DNA of 64,000 nt, taken from a virus. Location of the stretch: IMG/VR virus record IMGVR_UViG_3300024339_000005; one strand, given 5' to 3'. The notes under the pieces are model-generated. The model was not told the DNA's origin. It made no database searches and saw nothing but the letters and a program-made list of their open reading frames with translations. Both the position numbers and the translations under genes were made by a program. Below, piece by piece: positions 20,669 through 29,630 of this stretch. Numbering within the stretch: position 1 is the stretch's first letter; each line of letters starts with the position of its first letter.

Positions 20669-22183
20669 TCAAAAACGGATTACGAGCTTCACATCCTCGA
20701 TCTGGTCAGCCGCACGACTAACAGGTGACCGATGTTCAACGTACATAATATCGCCTGAGAAATCTAACAGAGGTCCGTTGTTCGCAACAGAAACCGTTGC
20801 TGTCGCACCAGAGTCTGTACCGGTAAGGGTCTCTGCTACTGTAAATAGCCCATCAGTTTGTGTCGCATTGACCAGTGTCGTATTCGCTTGAACCACATAG
20901 CCTGTGGTGGTCGATGTTCCACCTGTTACGATTTCATCATTTGTGAATGTACCGGAGATACCAGTAATAGTCAAAGCAGTTGATTGGTCGTATGATGAGG
21001 CTGTTGCAGAAGAACCGTTAGCCAGTAGTGGGTCGCGCAACAAACCAATAACTCGGAAGTCATTACCTGTTGTGAATGTACCTGATTCACCCTTATCGAA
21101 TTTGGTGTTCAAGAGAACATTGTAACCCATCAATTCTTGAGCGGCATCAGCACCGTGACCGCTTGGTGGTCCAACATATGCAGAACCAGTCACACCAGAT
21201 ACACCGTTGCCTGTTACAGCCACAGTTGCTGTTGTGTAACTAGAACCAACCGCAGTAACCGTCATTGAATAGACAGTATTCGAGGTCACGTTCATTGAAG
21301 CAATAGCCGTCGCTAATGTACCATCGCCAGATATAGCGACAGTAGGTGCGATAGAATAAGTTGAGGTGCCATCCAATAGAGTGGTGAAAGCAGTACCCAC
21401 GACCACAGTTTTTGATGAACCTGTATAGCCTGAAATTGTTCGTTGCTGACCAACACCTGTTCCGCCCGTCACATATAGGGTATTGGTGTTGTATAGATTA
21501 TCGACCGGGCTTGCTCCGGCATCAATGACCATCTGTGTTGTGTTAGCAACAGAGACCAATGTACCAGTATTGTAATTATCGAATTGTGTTCCACCGTTTG
21601 TAACTTCAACAACCTCAATAGAACCGTTCACAGCAGCCGCTTGCACATCCCATTGGGTCGTACCGTCGTCGCTTGAAAGAGTCTTTACAGGTATATAATC
21701 CTCTGTCAAAAACTTCACAGCATCAGCAGCCGTCAGGGTATACATGAATTTCCAGATATAACCATCAGCCGTTGTTATCGCTGTTGTGCTTGTGCCAGTT
21801 GGCTTTGTGGTTGACGTTGCACCGTTGTCATTGAACAGGCATTTATAGACATTGAAATCTTCAGTAAGAACAAAGAAATCAGCCGTATTCAAGTCAGCCG
21901 TATGCGAGTATTCGGTATATACGGTACCTGTTGTCCAATCAACACGACGGGCTACAAGAGAGAGGTCAGTAGATTGAACTCGCTTGGCGCTCATCATATC
22001 GCGCCAGTGTTCAAACTCGGTGTTTGCTGTTGCGTCGATAGGAGTTGGTGGGTTGTTGTCGTCAGTCCATGACCGTGTGCGCCCTATAAACATATAGAGA
22101 TATGAAGGCGCCGCTTCGCCAAGGGCTTCCTTGAACTGGTCGGCGTTATAGACTCTAAATTTAGAGGTGACTAATGATGGCAT
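20669..22183 (-). CDS. gp8: Baseplate wedge protein gp8
   Basis: FRVYNA..F, Y.FIGR...W....PPTP, VYKCLFN, DGYIWKFMY, GHGADA..EL, DFRVIGL, R...QIEDVKLVI.F. Confidence 0.9.
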   Translation of the reverse strand: MPSLVTSKFRVYNADQFKEALGEAAPSYLYMFIGRTRSWTDDNNPPTPIDATANTEFEHWRDMMSAKRVQSTDLSLVARRVDWTTGTVYTEYSHTADLNTADFFVLTEDFNVYKCLFNDNGATSTTKPTGTSTTAITTADGYIWKFMYTLTAADAVKFLTEDYIPVKTLSSDDGTTQWDVQAAAVNGSIEVVEVTNGGTQFDNYNTGTLVSVANTTQMVIDAGASPVDNLYNTNTLYVTGGTGVGQQRTISGYTGSSKTVVVGTAFTTLLDGTSTYSIAPTVAISGDGTLATAIASMNVTSNTVYSMTVTAVGSSYTTATVAVTGNGVSGVTGSAYVGPPSGHGADAAQELMGYNVLLNTKFDKGESGTFTTGNDFRVIGLLRDPLLANGSSATASSYDQSTALTITGISGTFTNDEIVTGGTSTTTGYVVQANTTLVNATQTDGLFTVAETLTGTDSGATATVSVANNGPLLDFSGDIMYVEHRSPVSRAADQIEDVKLVIRF

Positions 22184-22194
22184 GGTTTGTTACC

Positions 22195-22398
22195 TTATTC
22201 GTTTAGCAATTCAGGACTGTCTGTGCCTGTTTCTTCTGTCTGTGTTTCGGTTGACCCGCGCTTAGCCAATTCATTGTTGATAGCGTTGGAAACGTCAACG
22301 TATGCTGGTACTTCTGCACCCTTGAGGTCAACACGACCTAGAAAGACTGCGGTGTTTTTTAGTTGTTCGTCTGTAAACATCAATTGATTCCTTTTCAT
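22195..22398 (-). CDS. Hypothetical protein
   Basis: FLGRVDLKGAEVPAY; preceded by late promoter 22414-22421. Confidence 0.6.
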   Translation of the reverse strand: MKRNQLMFTDEQLKNTAVFLGRVDLKGAEVPAYVDVSNAINNELAKRGSTETQTEETGTDSPELLNE

Positions 22399-22413
22399 AA
22401 TGTTTGGTCGTTG

Positions 22414-22421
22414 TATTTATA
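22414..22421 (-). promoter_or_regulatory. Late promoter TATAAATA
   Basis: Exact motif. Confidence 0.75.
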
Positions 22422-22425
22422 AGCG

Positions 22426-22779
22426 TTATACGGCTACAATCGTTCTATCACTTACCCGACGCCAATTGGTGCCATCAGAGAAAGCCATTGTTGCACCACC
22501 GGCATCGTCGGTGACATATATCAACCCCGCAGCAACAGCCGCAGATGGTACTGTACCCACTGTATATGAGGTGACAAAAACAATATCACCTGTGATATTA
22601 CCAGTCGTCACGATATTCTGAGTACCCGAAGCGCGGAGTAACGGCACACCACCGAGGGTCACGCCGTCATGAACAACAGCCGTGATCTTCGTTGTATCAA
22701 CGGTAATTTCACCAGATGCACCTGTAAAGGTAGAATGCTGTCCAGTAGTACCGCGTCTGAATTTTGTCTCTGTTGCCAT
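22426..22779 (-). CDS. Short fibre protein with Mtd_N-like N-terminal domain
   Basis: FRRGTTGQHSTFTGASGEITVDTTK.TAVVHDG.T.GG.PL; C-terminal IYV.D..GG...AFSDGTNWRR. Confidence 0.8.
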   Translation of the reverse strand: MATETKFRRGTTGQHSTFTGASGEITVDTTKITAVVHDGVTLGGVPLLRASGTQNIVTTGNITGDIVFVTSYTVGTVPSAAVAAGLIYVTDDAGGATMAFSDGTNWRRVSDRTIVAV

Positions 22780-22807
22780 TGAATATTATCTCCGAATATC
22801 TTTCTTC

Positions 22808-22815
22808 TATTTATA
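22808..22815 (-). promoter_or_regulatory. Late promoter TATAAATA
   Basis: Exact motif upstream of the Mtd_N gene. Confidence 0.75.
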
Positions 22816-22819
22816 AGTC

Positions 22820-22937
22820 TTAGACTGTACCGTAATATGAATTCGATGTTACAACCGAAACGATAAGGCCATAATCGCTGTTCGCTGTGATTGACTGAGT
22901 AATCAAGTTTCAATCAATCTGGGTATCACCAGGTAAG
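22820..22937 (-). pseudogene. Disconnected C-terminal repeat tail of gp7
   Basis: Removing one copy of a 10-bp duplication (22934-22953) extends gp7 as DLPGDTQID*NLITQSITANSDYGLIVSVVTSNSYYGTV*. Confidence 0.65.
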
Positions 22938-24386
22938 TCACGATAAGTCACGATAATCATTGTAGACCATAGGTGCTTGTGTCAGTGAACCCCAATCAAG
23001 TGACAGGGTAGACACAACAGCAACAGAACCCCAATCCAATGCGCTTTCATTGGTCAATATAGCAGAGCGTTTGTGAACTGTACCAGCCGCAAGAATACCC
23101 GAATAGACGTTGTTTACATCAATGAAGGTATCGCCACCGATAGCATCAACAAGGAAGCCTTGGTCTGGATTTGTTTCTGTTGGGTCAACAACAATAATGA
23201 AGTCACCGATTTCAAGTTCTGTTGTGAACAGAGTACCTGTACCGATGAACGACGAACCGTTACCGATCTCACTAATAGGAATACTGGCGTACAATGAGAT
23301 AAGGTCAGATTCATAGAATTCAATGGTCGAGTTACCAGATGGTGTCACGGTTCCTGTAAGCGTTGACGAGCTGGTTGTCTCTGTTACGCCATATTGAGGT
23401 ACATCATAAGGAGTTGACCACGTATCGGCTTCAACCGTGATTGTAATTTCACTGTTAGCAAATAGGTTGTTCGCAATCAAGTCTGAGATCGCAACCATTT
23501 CTGGCTCAAGGTTATTGGTTAGTTCCAGAGTCGTTGTAGACGAGAGGTCAAGGTCGTCAATAAAGGCAATCTGCCCAAACATCGCTGTACCTGAAGGGTG
23601 GACAATGCGCTGCAATATGTCTCGGTAGCGTTCGACATACTGTGTCGTTTTCAGAACATATGAATATTCCTGGTAATAGTAGTTATCCTGTAGGTACTTG
23701 TTAGATGATAGAAAGCCATCAGTACCCACGAACAAACCATCAGAAGAACTAACAACATCAACAACAAAGGTCAGTCCAGAGGTAGATGTAACGACTTCTT
23801 CGGCCACGAACGTACCAAGTTTTGGCGAGACATAGAACGTATAGGTGGGTGCACCTGCGCTGTACGTCTTCAATACTTGTTCAACAACACCAGAAGCACC
23901 TGAGCTACCACCTGTTATCTGAAAACCCTCAGCCGCGAACAATTCATCAGAGCCATTGTAACCAAGTGCGGTCAGTGTGGTCTTGATGGTCCATTTACCA
24001 TCTGAAGCGCGGAGTATGTCAGTACCAGGGTAATAGAATTCTACGCTGTCATCATAGAGAATGCGGAACATAAGTTCAAAAGATTTTTCAGAACCCCTCG
24101 CACGATAGAAAGATGAAACATTCTTCAGTAGGTTAGGTGTGTTGGCTAAGTGCGACCGAGGTATGTTGGGTAGAAAGTCAGCCTCAAAGTATTCAAGATA
24201 TGCATCAAGTGTATTGTCAACGTCGTGGTATGACAACAGGTTCTGGTTAGCGTCAATAGCATTACCCGTTTGCTCCATCCATTCATAATAGGCTTCCATA
24301 AAAGCCACGAACATAGGACCATCAGTGCGAATGAATTCGGGAAATTGCTGTTCAACCAGCGTTGATATCTTGTTTACAGTCGTCAT
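22938..24386 (-). CDS. gp7: Baseplate wedge protein gp7-like
   Basis: QFPEFIR...F..F.EAYYEW.E, FYRARGSEKSF..MFRILY, LQDNYYYQEYSYVLKT, VHPSGT.MFG. Confidence 0.85.
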   Translation of the reverse strand: MTTVNKISTLVEQQFPEFIRTDGPMFVAFMEAYYEWMEQTGNAIDANQNLLSYHDVDNTLDAYLEYFEADFLPNIPRSHLANTPNLLKNVSSFYRARGSEKSFELMFRILYDDSVEFYYPGTDILRASDGKWTIKTTLTALGYNGSDELFAAEGFQITGGSSGASGVVEQVLKTYSAGAPTYTFYVSPKLGTFVAEEVVTSTSGLTFVVDVVSSSDGLFVGTDGFLSSNKYLQDNYYYQEYSYVLKTTQYVERYRDILQRIVHPSGTAMFGQIAFIDDLDLSSTTTLELTNNLEPEMVAISDLIANNLFANSEITITVEADTWSTPYDVPQYGVTETTSSSTLTGTVTPSGNSTIEFYESDLISLYASIPISEIGNGSSFIGTGTLFTTELEIGDFIIVVDPTETNPDQGFLVDAIGGDTFIDVNNVYSGILAAGTVHKRSAILTNESALDWGSVAVVSTLSLDWGSLTQAPMVYNDYRDLS

Positions 24387-24388
24387 GG

Positions 24389-26179
24389 TTACACGGTACG
24401 ATCTTCAACAGAGGTTATGGTTGTGTCTTTGATATTGATAATTTGAGCAAGTGTCGGTGTTATGTCGTTGTCAGTAGGTGTGATAGAAATTTCCAGTATG
24501 CCTGAATTACCTACAGCCGTAGGGTTGAAAGCATCAAGAGATACAGCACCCGTATCATAATTGACAGTACCTGCAGCAGCCTCAAGAATGACCTTATCAC
24601 CACCATCCCAGCGGTATATCTGAATAATACCAGAACCATCATCTTGTAGAAAAGAGGTGAAGCCAAGGTAAGTGAATGACGTAGACTGAATAACACCAGT
24701 ATGAGCCGTATGAGGATCATGAGTTTCCGTATGTAGAATAGCGTTCTTAAACTGAATGGTGTATGAGGTAGCCACACTCACGGTTGGTGTTATCTCCATC
24801 ATCATTTTCACACTAGACAGGTTACCACGAATAGAGTTATCCGTTGCATCAATGACGGTAGAGAAAGCAGAGAACCTGAACTTGTTACCGAAGTCATCCA
24901 AGGTATCTGTCTGATATGTCGCAATCGAAGCAGCCACTTCACTCTCAATGGTACCTGCGTTCTTTGTTGTCAAGTCTGGGTTCCACCTTATCTCGACAGT
25001 CGGGATAACATAGAGGAATTCAGCATCAACCACGATAGGGTCAATACTCATTACATTGCGAGTCTTCAGTGAGGCTACCAAGATTTCTTTACGGGTGTCT
25101 GAAATGATGGTACCTACCGAGGGATTTACTGCGAGATACACACGGCCGTAAATAGGTGGGTCATTATCTTCACCACCCCATACGTTGACCGAGGTGAAAT
25201 CTGCGTTCTCTGCCATGATAACACGCTCGTAATCACCTTGAGTGACCACACGGTTCTGTCTCTCGTAGTACAGGGGTGCATTAAACTTAACAGCAGCCAC
25301 AGTTTCTAACTCTCGACCACCGGCAGCCGATGTTGTTGTCGCAATCGTCACATCACTATAACCAGCAATGGCAGAGAGGTTAGTGAATGAGGAGGCTCCA
25401 TTACCCTGTGTGGTGTTACAAACGTGGTAGTCAATGATGACCTGATTACCATCTGATAGAGATACGCCGAGGATATCGTCACCGAAGTAGATGCGGAATT
25501 GCTCGTCGTCTGTCTCCTCAAGGAAATAGACTGTTGACTCACCTGTAAGTTGGGTTATGTCGTCTGCAAGGGTGTATGTTGTGATTGTAGAAGAACCTGC
25601 AGATGGCTTGACTGTTATGCCAATACGAGTCGTATCGACATTTTTATTCGGTATGACATATTCAACAGGGCTACCTGTGTCAACGGTATATGTGTGGGTT
25701 AGTGGATAACCTTCAGCTATCGTCACTCCCGTTGCGACATAGGTGTTTGCACCACTCTTAGTTATCAACGTACCTGATGAGGTCGTGAAGGTCAGTGTTA
25801 TGTCATCGACCACAGTGGTCATTTGTGTATTGACAGGAATGGAGATACTGTCAGGTGAATCAGTAGGTACGATGGTGATGGTTACTTCTGCAATAGCACC
25901 GGCGGATGACGATGGTGTGTACCCTAATTCTTGCGCTCTTTCAATCACGTTGTTACGAAGTTGGGCCGACTTCAGGAACGACTCGTTGGCGACCATATTT
26001 GTATAATAAGCGTTGTAATGTGTATTGTAAGCCAGTATGTCCAGTAAGGTACTGATATTAGAACCATCAAAATCATAGTCAGCAAAATTCGATTGTGCCG
26101 CCATAAAGGTCTTCAATGACGCACGAATATTACCAAAATCCAGTTCGGTGACTTGTAGGGCTGAATTAGCTGTGGCCAT
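24389..26179 (-). CDS. gp6: Baseplate wedge protein gp6
   Basis: TELDF..I...LK.F...Q..F.DYDFDGS....LLDILAYNTHYNA; APLYY..QNR.VT..DY; WGGEDNDPP.YG.V. Confidence 0.95.
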   Translation of the reverse strand: MATANSALQVTELDFGNIRASLKTFMAAQSNFADYDFDGSNISTLLDILAYNTHYNAYYTNMVANESFLKSAQLRNNVIERAQELGYTPSSSAGAIAEVTITIVPTDSPDSISIPVNTQMTTVVDDITLTFTTSSGTLITKSGANTYVATGVTIAEGYPLTHTYTVDTGSPVEYVIPNKNVDTTRIGITVKPSAGSSTITTYTLADDITQLTGESTVYFLEETDDEQFRIYFGDDILGVSLSDGNQVIIDYHVCNTTQGNGASSFTNLSAIAGYSDVTIATTTSAAGGRELETVAAVKFNAPLYYERQNRVVTQGDYERVIMAENADFTSVNVWGGEDNDPPIYGRVYLAVNPSVGTIISDTRKEILVASLKTRNVMSIDPIVVDAEFLYVIPTVEIRWNPDLTTKNAGTIESEVAASIATYQTDTLDDFGNKFRFSAFSTVIDATDNSIRGNLSSVKMMMEITPTVSVATSYTIQFKNAILHTETHDPHTAHTGVIQSTSFTYLGFTSFLQDDGSGIIQIYRWDGGDKVILEAAAGTVNYDTGAVSLDAFNPTAVGNSGILEISITPTDNDITPTLAQIINIKDTTITSVEDRTV

Positions 26180-26657
26180 TGTTTGTTCCTCTGCGGGCTG
26201 TGAAGCCTTGGTGCTGTTTGTATTTTCCCGAAACAGTTCTCATCATATTGCCTTGGTCTAATCCATGGGCGATACAATATTTCTTCAGGTCTATTACTGT
26301 TGTTTCTTCACCATCAGGTGTGGTGACTATCCATTCTTTACCCTGTCTTACGCTACAGGCGATTCGTTGTTTTTGTGTTCGACGTAGACCTGTTTGGGCT
26401 AATATTTGTCGTTGTTTTGCTAGGGCACTCTGTTTCTTACCAGTGTTAGCAGCCTTTGTCGCCATTATATTTGCTTGTGCGCCTGATATTTGACCTGTCA
26501 AGGCTTTCCATGCAATATAATCTTGGACTTCTCCAAGCATATCATATCTGTATTTATGGTGTTCGGCGTGTTCTATAATGTCGCACCCGACTATATTACT
26601 GGCTTCATCGGTGCCGCCGGCATGGCGTGGCACAATATGGTGGTTATGATATATCAT
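26166..26657 (-). CDS. HNH (Mob-like) homing endonuclease
   Basis: HHIVPRHAGGTD...N.V....EH...H; inserted between gp25 and gp6. Confidence 0.85.
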   Translation of the reverse strand: MIYHNHHIVPRHAGGTDEASNIVGCDIIEHAEHHKYRYDMLGEVQDYIAWKALTGQISGAQANIMATKAANTGKKQSALAKQRQILAQTGLRRTQKQRIACSVRQGKEWIVTTPDGEETTVIDLKKYCIAHGLDQGNMMRTVSGKYKQHQGFTARRGTNNGHS

Positions 26658-27049
26658 CTTACTCGTTCCAAAAAGACCTGGACGGTCGTGGGTGCTGTGT
26701 TGTTCTTTATGCGAAATATGATGGCCACTGAAAGTCTGTTGTCGTCTGGAACCTCGGATACATGGACGTTTAGCAGTTCGGCCCGTGGTTCGTTGTCCTC
26801 AATAGCCTCTTTGATCGCGTTCGATATGTCTTCTGCGATTCCCTGGTCAAAGTTCTCAAATAGGTAGTGCGTGACATTCGACCCAAGGTTAGGCCGAAAA
26901 GGGCGTTCATAGAATTGAGTCAGTACGATATTCTTAACGGATCTAACAACCGCGTCGTTATTCGTCAGTCGAACGAGGTCACCACTTGTAGGGTGAGCCG
27001 TGAAGGCTGTGGTGAAGTCCGAAAAGACTATATCAGTTGTTAGCGGCAT
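26654..27049 (-). CDS. gp25: Baseplate wedge protein gp25
   Basis: SVKNIVLT..YERPF.P..GS....LFE...I...EPR...FLERVR. Confidence 0.93.
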   Translation of the reverse strand: MPLTTDIVFSDFTTAFTAHPTSGDLVRLTNNDAVVRSVKNIVLTQFYERPFRPNLGSNVTHYLFENFDQGIAEDISNAIKEAIEDNEPRAELLNVHVSEVPDDNRLSVAIIFRIKNNTAPTTVQVFLERVR

Positions 27050-27072
27050 CTTATTCCCTTAATTCCTACTGG

Positions 27073-27080
27073 TATTTATA
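27073..27080 (-). promoter_or_regulatory. Late promoter TATAAATA (gp25)
   Basis: Exact motif 24 nt upstream of gp25. Confidence 0.8.
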
Positions 27081-27102
27081 ATAGTTTTCTTTTGTTTTTT
27101 AC

Positions 27103-27131
27103 TTGACAAGTGCTTGACAGAGTGTTATGAT
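27103..27131 (+). promoter_or_regulatory. Sigma70-type promoter, antisense to baseplate hub genes
   Basis: TTGACA-17 nt-TATGAT with a T-rich upstream tract. Confidence 0.55.
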
Positions 27132-27160
27132 CACTATGTAGGGTTATTCAATACCATAGT

Positions 27161-27427
27161 TTAGTTACCAATAAAGACAGTGGTTGATCCAGATGCTGCA
27201 TGACCACATGTAGCTAGGTCACCTGCATTGACAGCCTTCTTTCCCTCTATCCAGACATTATTCGATCCTGCTATCATTGTTGGTCCTGCATGTAATCCTA
27301 TACCATGCGAAGCAACAGCGTCACCATCTAGTGCAGCCAGTTCGCCATTGATATACGTTGTAGTTGCAGAGGCTATGATATCTCCACCTGCGGTATCGTC
27401 GTTTTTACTTGCTCCGGTTGCTGTCAT
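27161..27427 (-). CDS. PAAR-type spike tip protein (gp5.4-like)
   Basis: D.V..H...LH...GSNNVWIEGK.....GD..TCGH...GS.TVFIG. Confidence 0.88.
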   Translation of the reverse strand: MTATGASKNDDTAGGDIIASATTTYINGELAALDGDAVASHGIGLHAGPTMIAGSNNVWIEGKKAVNAGDLATCGHAASGSTTVFIGN

Positions 27428-27428
27428 G

Positions 27429-28343
27429 TTATCTCTCCGCGCCGTCTGGTGGCTCTGCTGGTCCTACCTCATAGCCTTCTTCTAATCCAAGCAACTTAGC
27501 CTGCATTGCCTGAATATCCTCACCCTTTTGTTGTAAGGTATCCATGGTATTCAGCAAGCCCTTCTTACGGAATTCAAAACTCTTATTGAAAGAATCTGTT
27601 GCGGCTTTATCAGATAGGAAGCCGGATTGAACGTAATCAGTTACGGCTGCGTCCATATCCTTTTTACTGAATATGATATCCTTTGCAAACATAGGACTAA
27701 AGGTCTTCAATGAAGGTGACGCAACGGGATCAGCAAACACAGGCATTACAGGTGGCTTATTGAAAGCCGAGATCATATCCGCATCAATTAGATTGACCTC
27801 TGCGATATCAGGTAAGATAGGTGTTATCTCAAATAGAGATTTCGGAATCACTGGTATCTCAAGAGCAGCCACATCCTCAAGGGGCGTTACTGCGGCTGAG
27901 AATTTTTCTTCAAGTGTGCCATCTGCGAATGCATCAATGTCTGGTATGTCGTTGCATATGTCAAGAGTACCTGCTAACAAACCCGTGATACTACTGGTTA
28001 TTTCAGATATGTCAATACCAAATGTGTCGGACATTTCTAACATCTTGGCTGCATACGCAACAGGCGACGTGACAAGACCCAGCAGGGTAGCCATTTCATC
28101 CTGATAACTGGTTGGAATCTCGGGTATCTCTGGTATAGCGGGTAGTTCGGGTATCAGGGCTGTAAGACTATCGGTTATCGTGCTAATAGATGCGGTCATA
28201 TCCGCAGCCAGAGTAGATAACGAATCGGTTATACCTCCTGCGCCCTGGGTCAGAGTACCTAATTGATCTGATAGGGCTGTCATCCCCTCATCAATAAGGT
28301 CCGTTGCGGCATCAAGAAGGTCGGTTGGGCATGCACTACTCAT
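27429..28343 (-). CDS. Hypothetical baseplate-region protein
   Basis: Acidic 304-aa ORF, coupled between gp5 and the PAAR gene. Confidence 0.6.
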   Translation of the reverse strand: MSSACPTDLLDAATDLIDEGMTALSDQLGTLTQGAGGITDSLSTLAADMTASISTITDSLTALIPELPAIPEIPEIPTSYQDEMATLLGLVTSPVAYAAKMLEMSDTFGIDISEITSSITGLLAGTLDICNDIPDIDAFADGTLEEKFSAAVTPLEDVAALEIPVIPKSLFEITPILPDIAEVNLIDADMISAFNKPPVMPVFADPVASPSLKTFSPMFAKDIIFSKKDMDAAVTDYVQSGFLSDKAATDSFNKSFEFRKKGLLNTMDTLQQKGEDIQAMQAKLLGLEEGYEVGPAEPPDGAER

Positions 28344-29628
28344 TAATTCTTACCTGACTTCCGGTTATTCCCATAACGCCACCGGATGTTGTGTTCATTG
28401 TTGTTCCGGCTGTTACATTCATACCTGTTATTGACTTGAACGATACCGTTGCGCCACCGCCAGCAGAGAAATCTGTTCCTGCGCCGAGGTCCATTGTACT
28501 CGCTGCGGCAAAGACCGTATCTAGCCCGCTAGTCTGTTTAAACGCAAGAACATTAATGATGGTATTGTTCCCGATAATTTTTTCAAAGTGTGTCAATCCT
28601 ACTTGTTCAGAAAATGAACCAATGGTCGTTTCAGTTTTGTTCTGGCCAACACGTTCTTTCTGGTCCTTGTTGACATTACTCACCCTGTTAGCAACAATCT
28701 CGGTGACCTCTGAACCACCGATAGTAATGACCTTATCTTTTCGCACAGTTTCGTAGTAATTACCATCAACCTCTAAGTAATGGTCACCTTGGACGTACAA
28801 CTTGCTATCACCTTTTATAGTAACGCTACACGTACCACCAATATAAACGCTCTTATCTTTGATGAATAGTTCGAAATCATCACCTGTTACTTTGGTGATC
28901 TTATCGCCTGTGTGTTGTATTTCCTCAAACGTACCGGAAGGATGGTAGCTATGTGTTCGATTGGCGCCAGGTGTATCATCCCATTCCTCAACCATGCCAG
29001 CCTCACTCATTCGTACATGATTATATGGGTATGAACTTTGAACCGTAGCGACGTATTCACCTTCCTCTTGACCACCATAACGTGGGTTAGGCTCACTCCA
29101 TGTCGTTTTGTCTGTCTTTGCGTCTGGAATCGCGGGTGACATAAGCAGGTTCTTAGGTGCTCTTGCAATCGGAACATCACCTATTTTGTCCTGGCGTTTT
29201 TGAAAGAGTGACGGTGCACCCTCACCCTCTGTTGTTCTTGCGAGTTCATTTGTGTCTGGTACGTCAAAGAATTTTGGGTATACACCAGCGGGATCAGAGA
29301 ATCCTTTACCACCTTCTGGTACGTCTGGAATACCTCCGATAGTACCCATGATTACGGGTTCTTGTGCGTTCTCTCCATCACGAAAGAATCCAATGACCCA
29401 TGTACCCTCGACAGGACCAAGAGGTGTCTGTCCTATTCCACTTATACTAGCCGAGGTGATAGGTGCCATGGGGTGTGCCCAAGGAAGTGCTTCTGTAGGA
29501 ATCAAACTCTTGTCGTCAGTATGCCAACCAAGACAGCGTACACGTAAGCGACCAAGCTTCAATGGGTCGTTGCGATCTTCCACAACACCCTGAAACCATA
29601 CGAAGGCCCCTTTTCCCATAAAGTTCAT
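28336..29628 (-). CDS. gp5: Baseplate hub/central spike gp5 (no lysozyme domain)
   Basis: OB fold WFQGVVEDRNDPLKLGRLRVR...LPWA; YPYNHV...EWDDTPG..R...HPSGTF.EI; beta-helix repeats. Confidence 0.93.
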   Translation of the reverse strand: MNFMGKGAFVWFQGVVEDRNDPLKLGRLRVRCLGWHTDDKSLIPTEALPWAHPMAPITSASISGIGQTPLGPVEGTWVIGFFRDGENAQEPVIMGTIGGIPDVPEGGKGFSDPAGVYPKFFDVPDTNELARTTEGEGAPSLFQKRQDKIGDVPIARAPKNLLMSPAIPDAKTDKTTWSEPNPRYGGQEEGEYVATVQSSYPYNHVRMSEAGMVEEWDDTPGANRTHSYHPSGTFEEIQHTGDKITKVTGDDFELFIKDKSVYIGGTCSVTIKGDSKLYVQGDHYLEVDGNYYETVRKDKVITIGGSEVTEIVANRVSNVNKDQKERVGQNKTETTIGSFSEQVGLTHFEKIIGNNTIINVLAFKQTSGLDTVFAAASTMDLGAGTDFSAGGGATVSFKSITGMNVTAGTTMNTTSGGVMGITGSQVRINE

Positions 29629-29630
29629 AA

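Noticed and set aside
22910-22912. TGA-to-Trp genetic code reassignment
   Set aside because: TGA terminates conserved genes at expected positions (gp13, gp8, gp32, rnh).
1163-26657. Group I introns or inteins around the endonucleases
   Set aside because: Flanking genes appear complete and there is no non-coding room for a ribozyme core; no intein motifs were seen.
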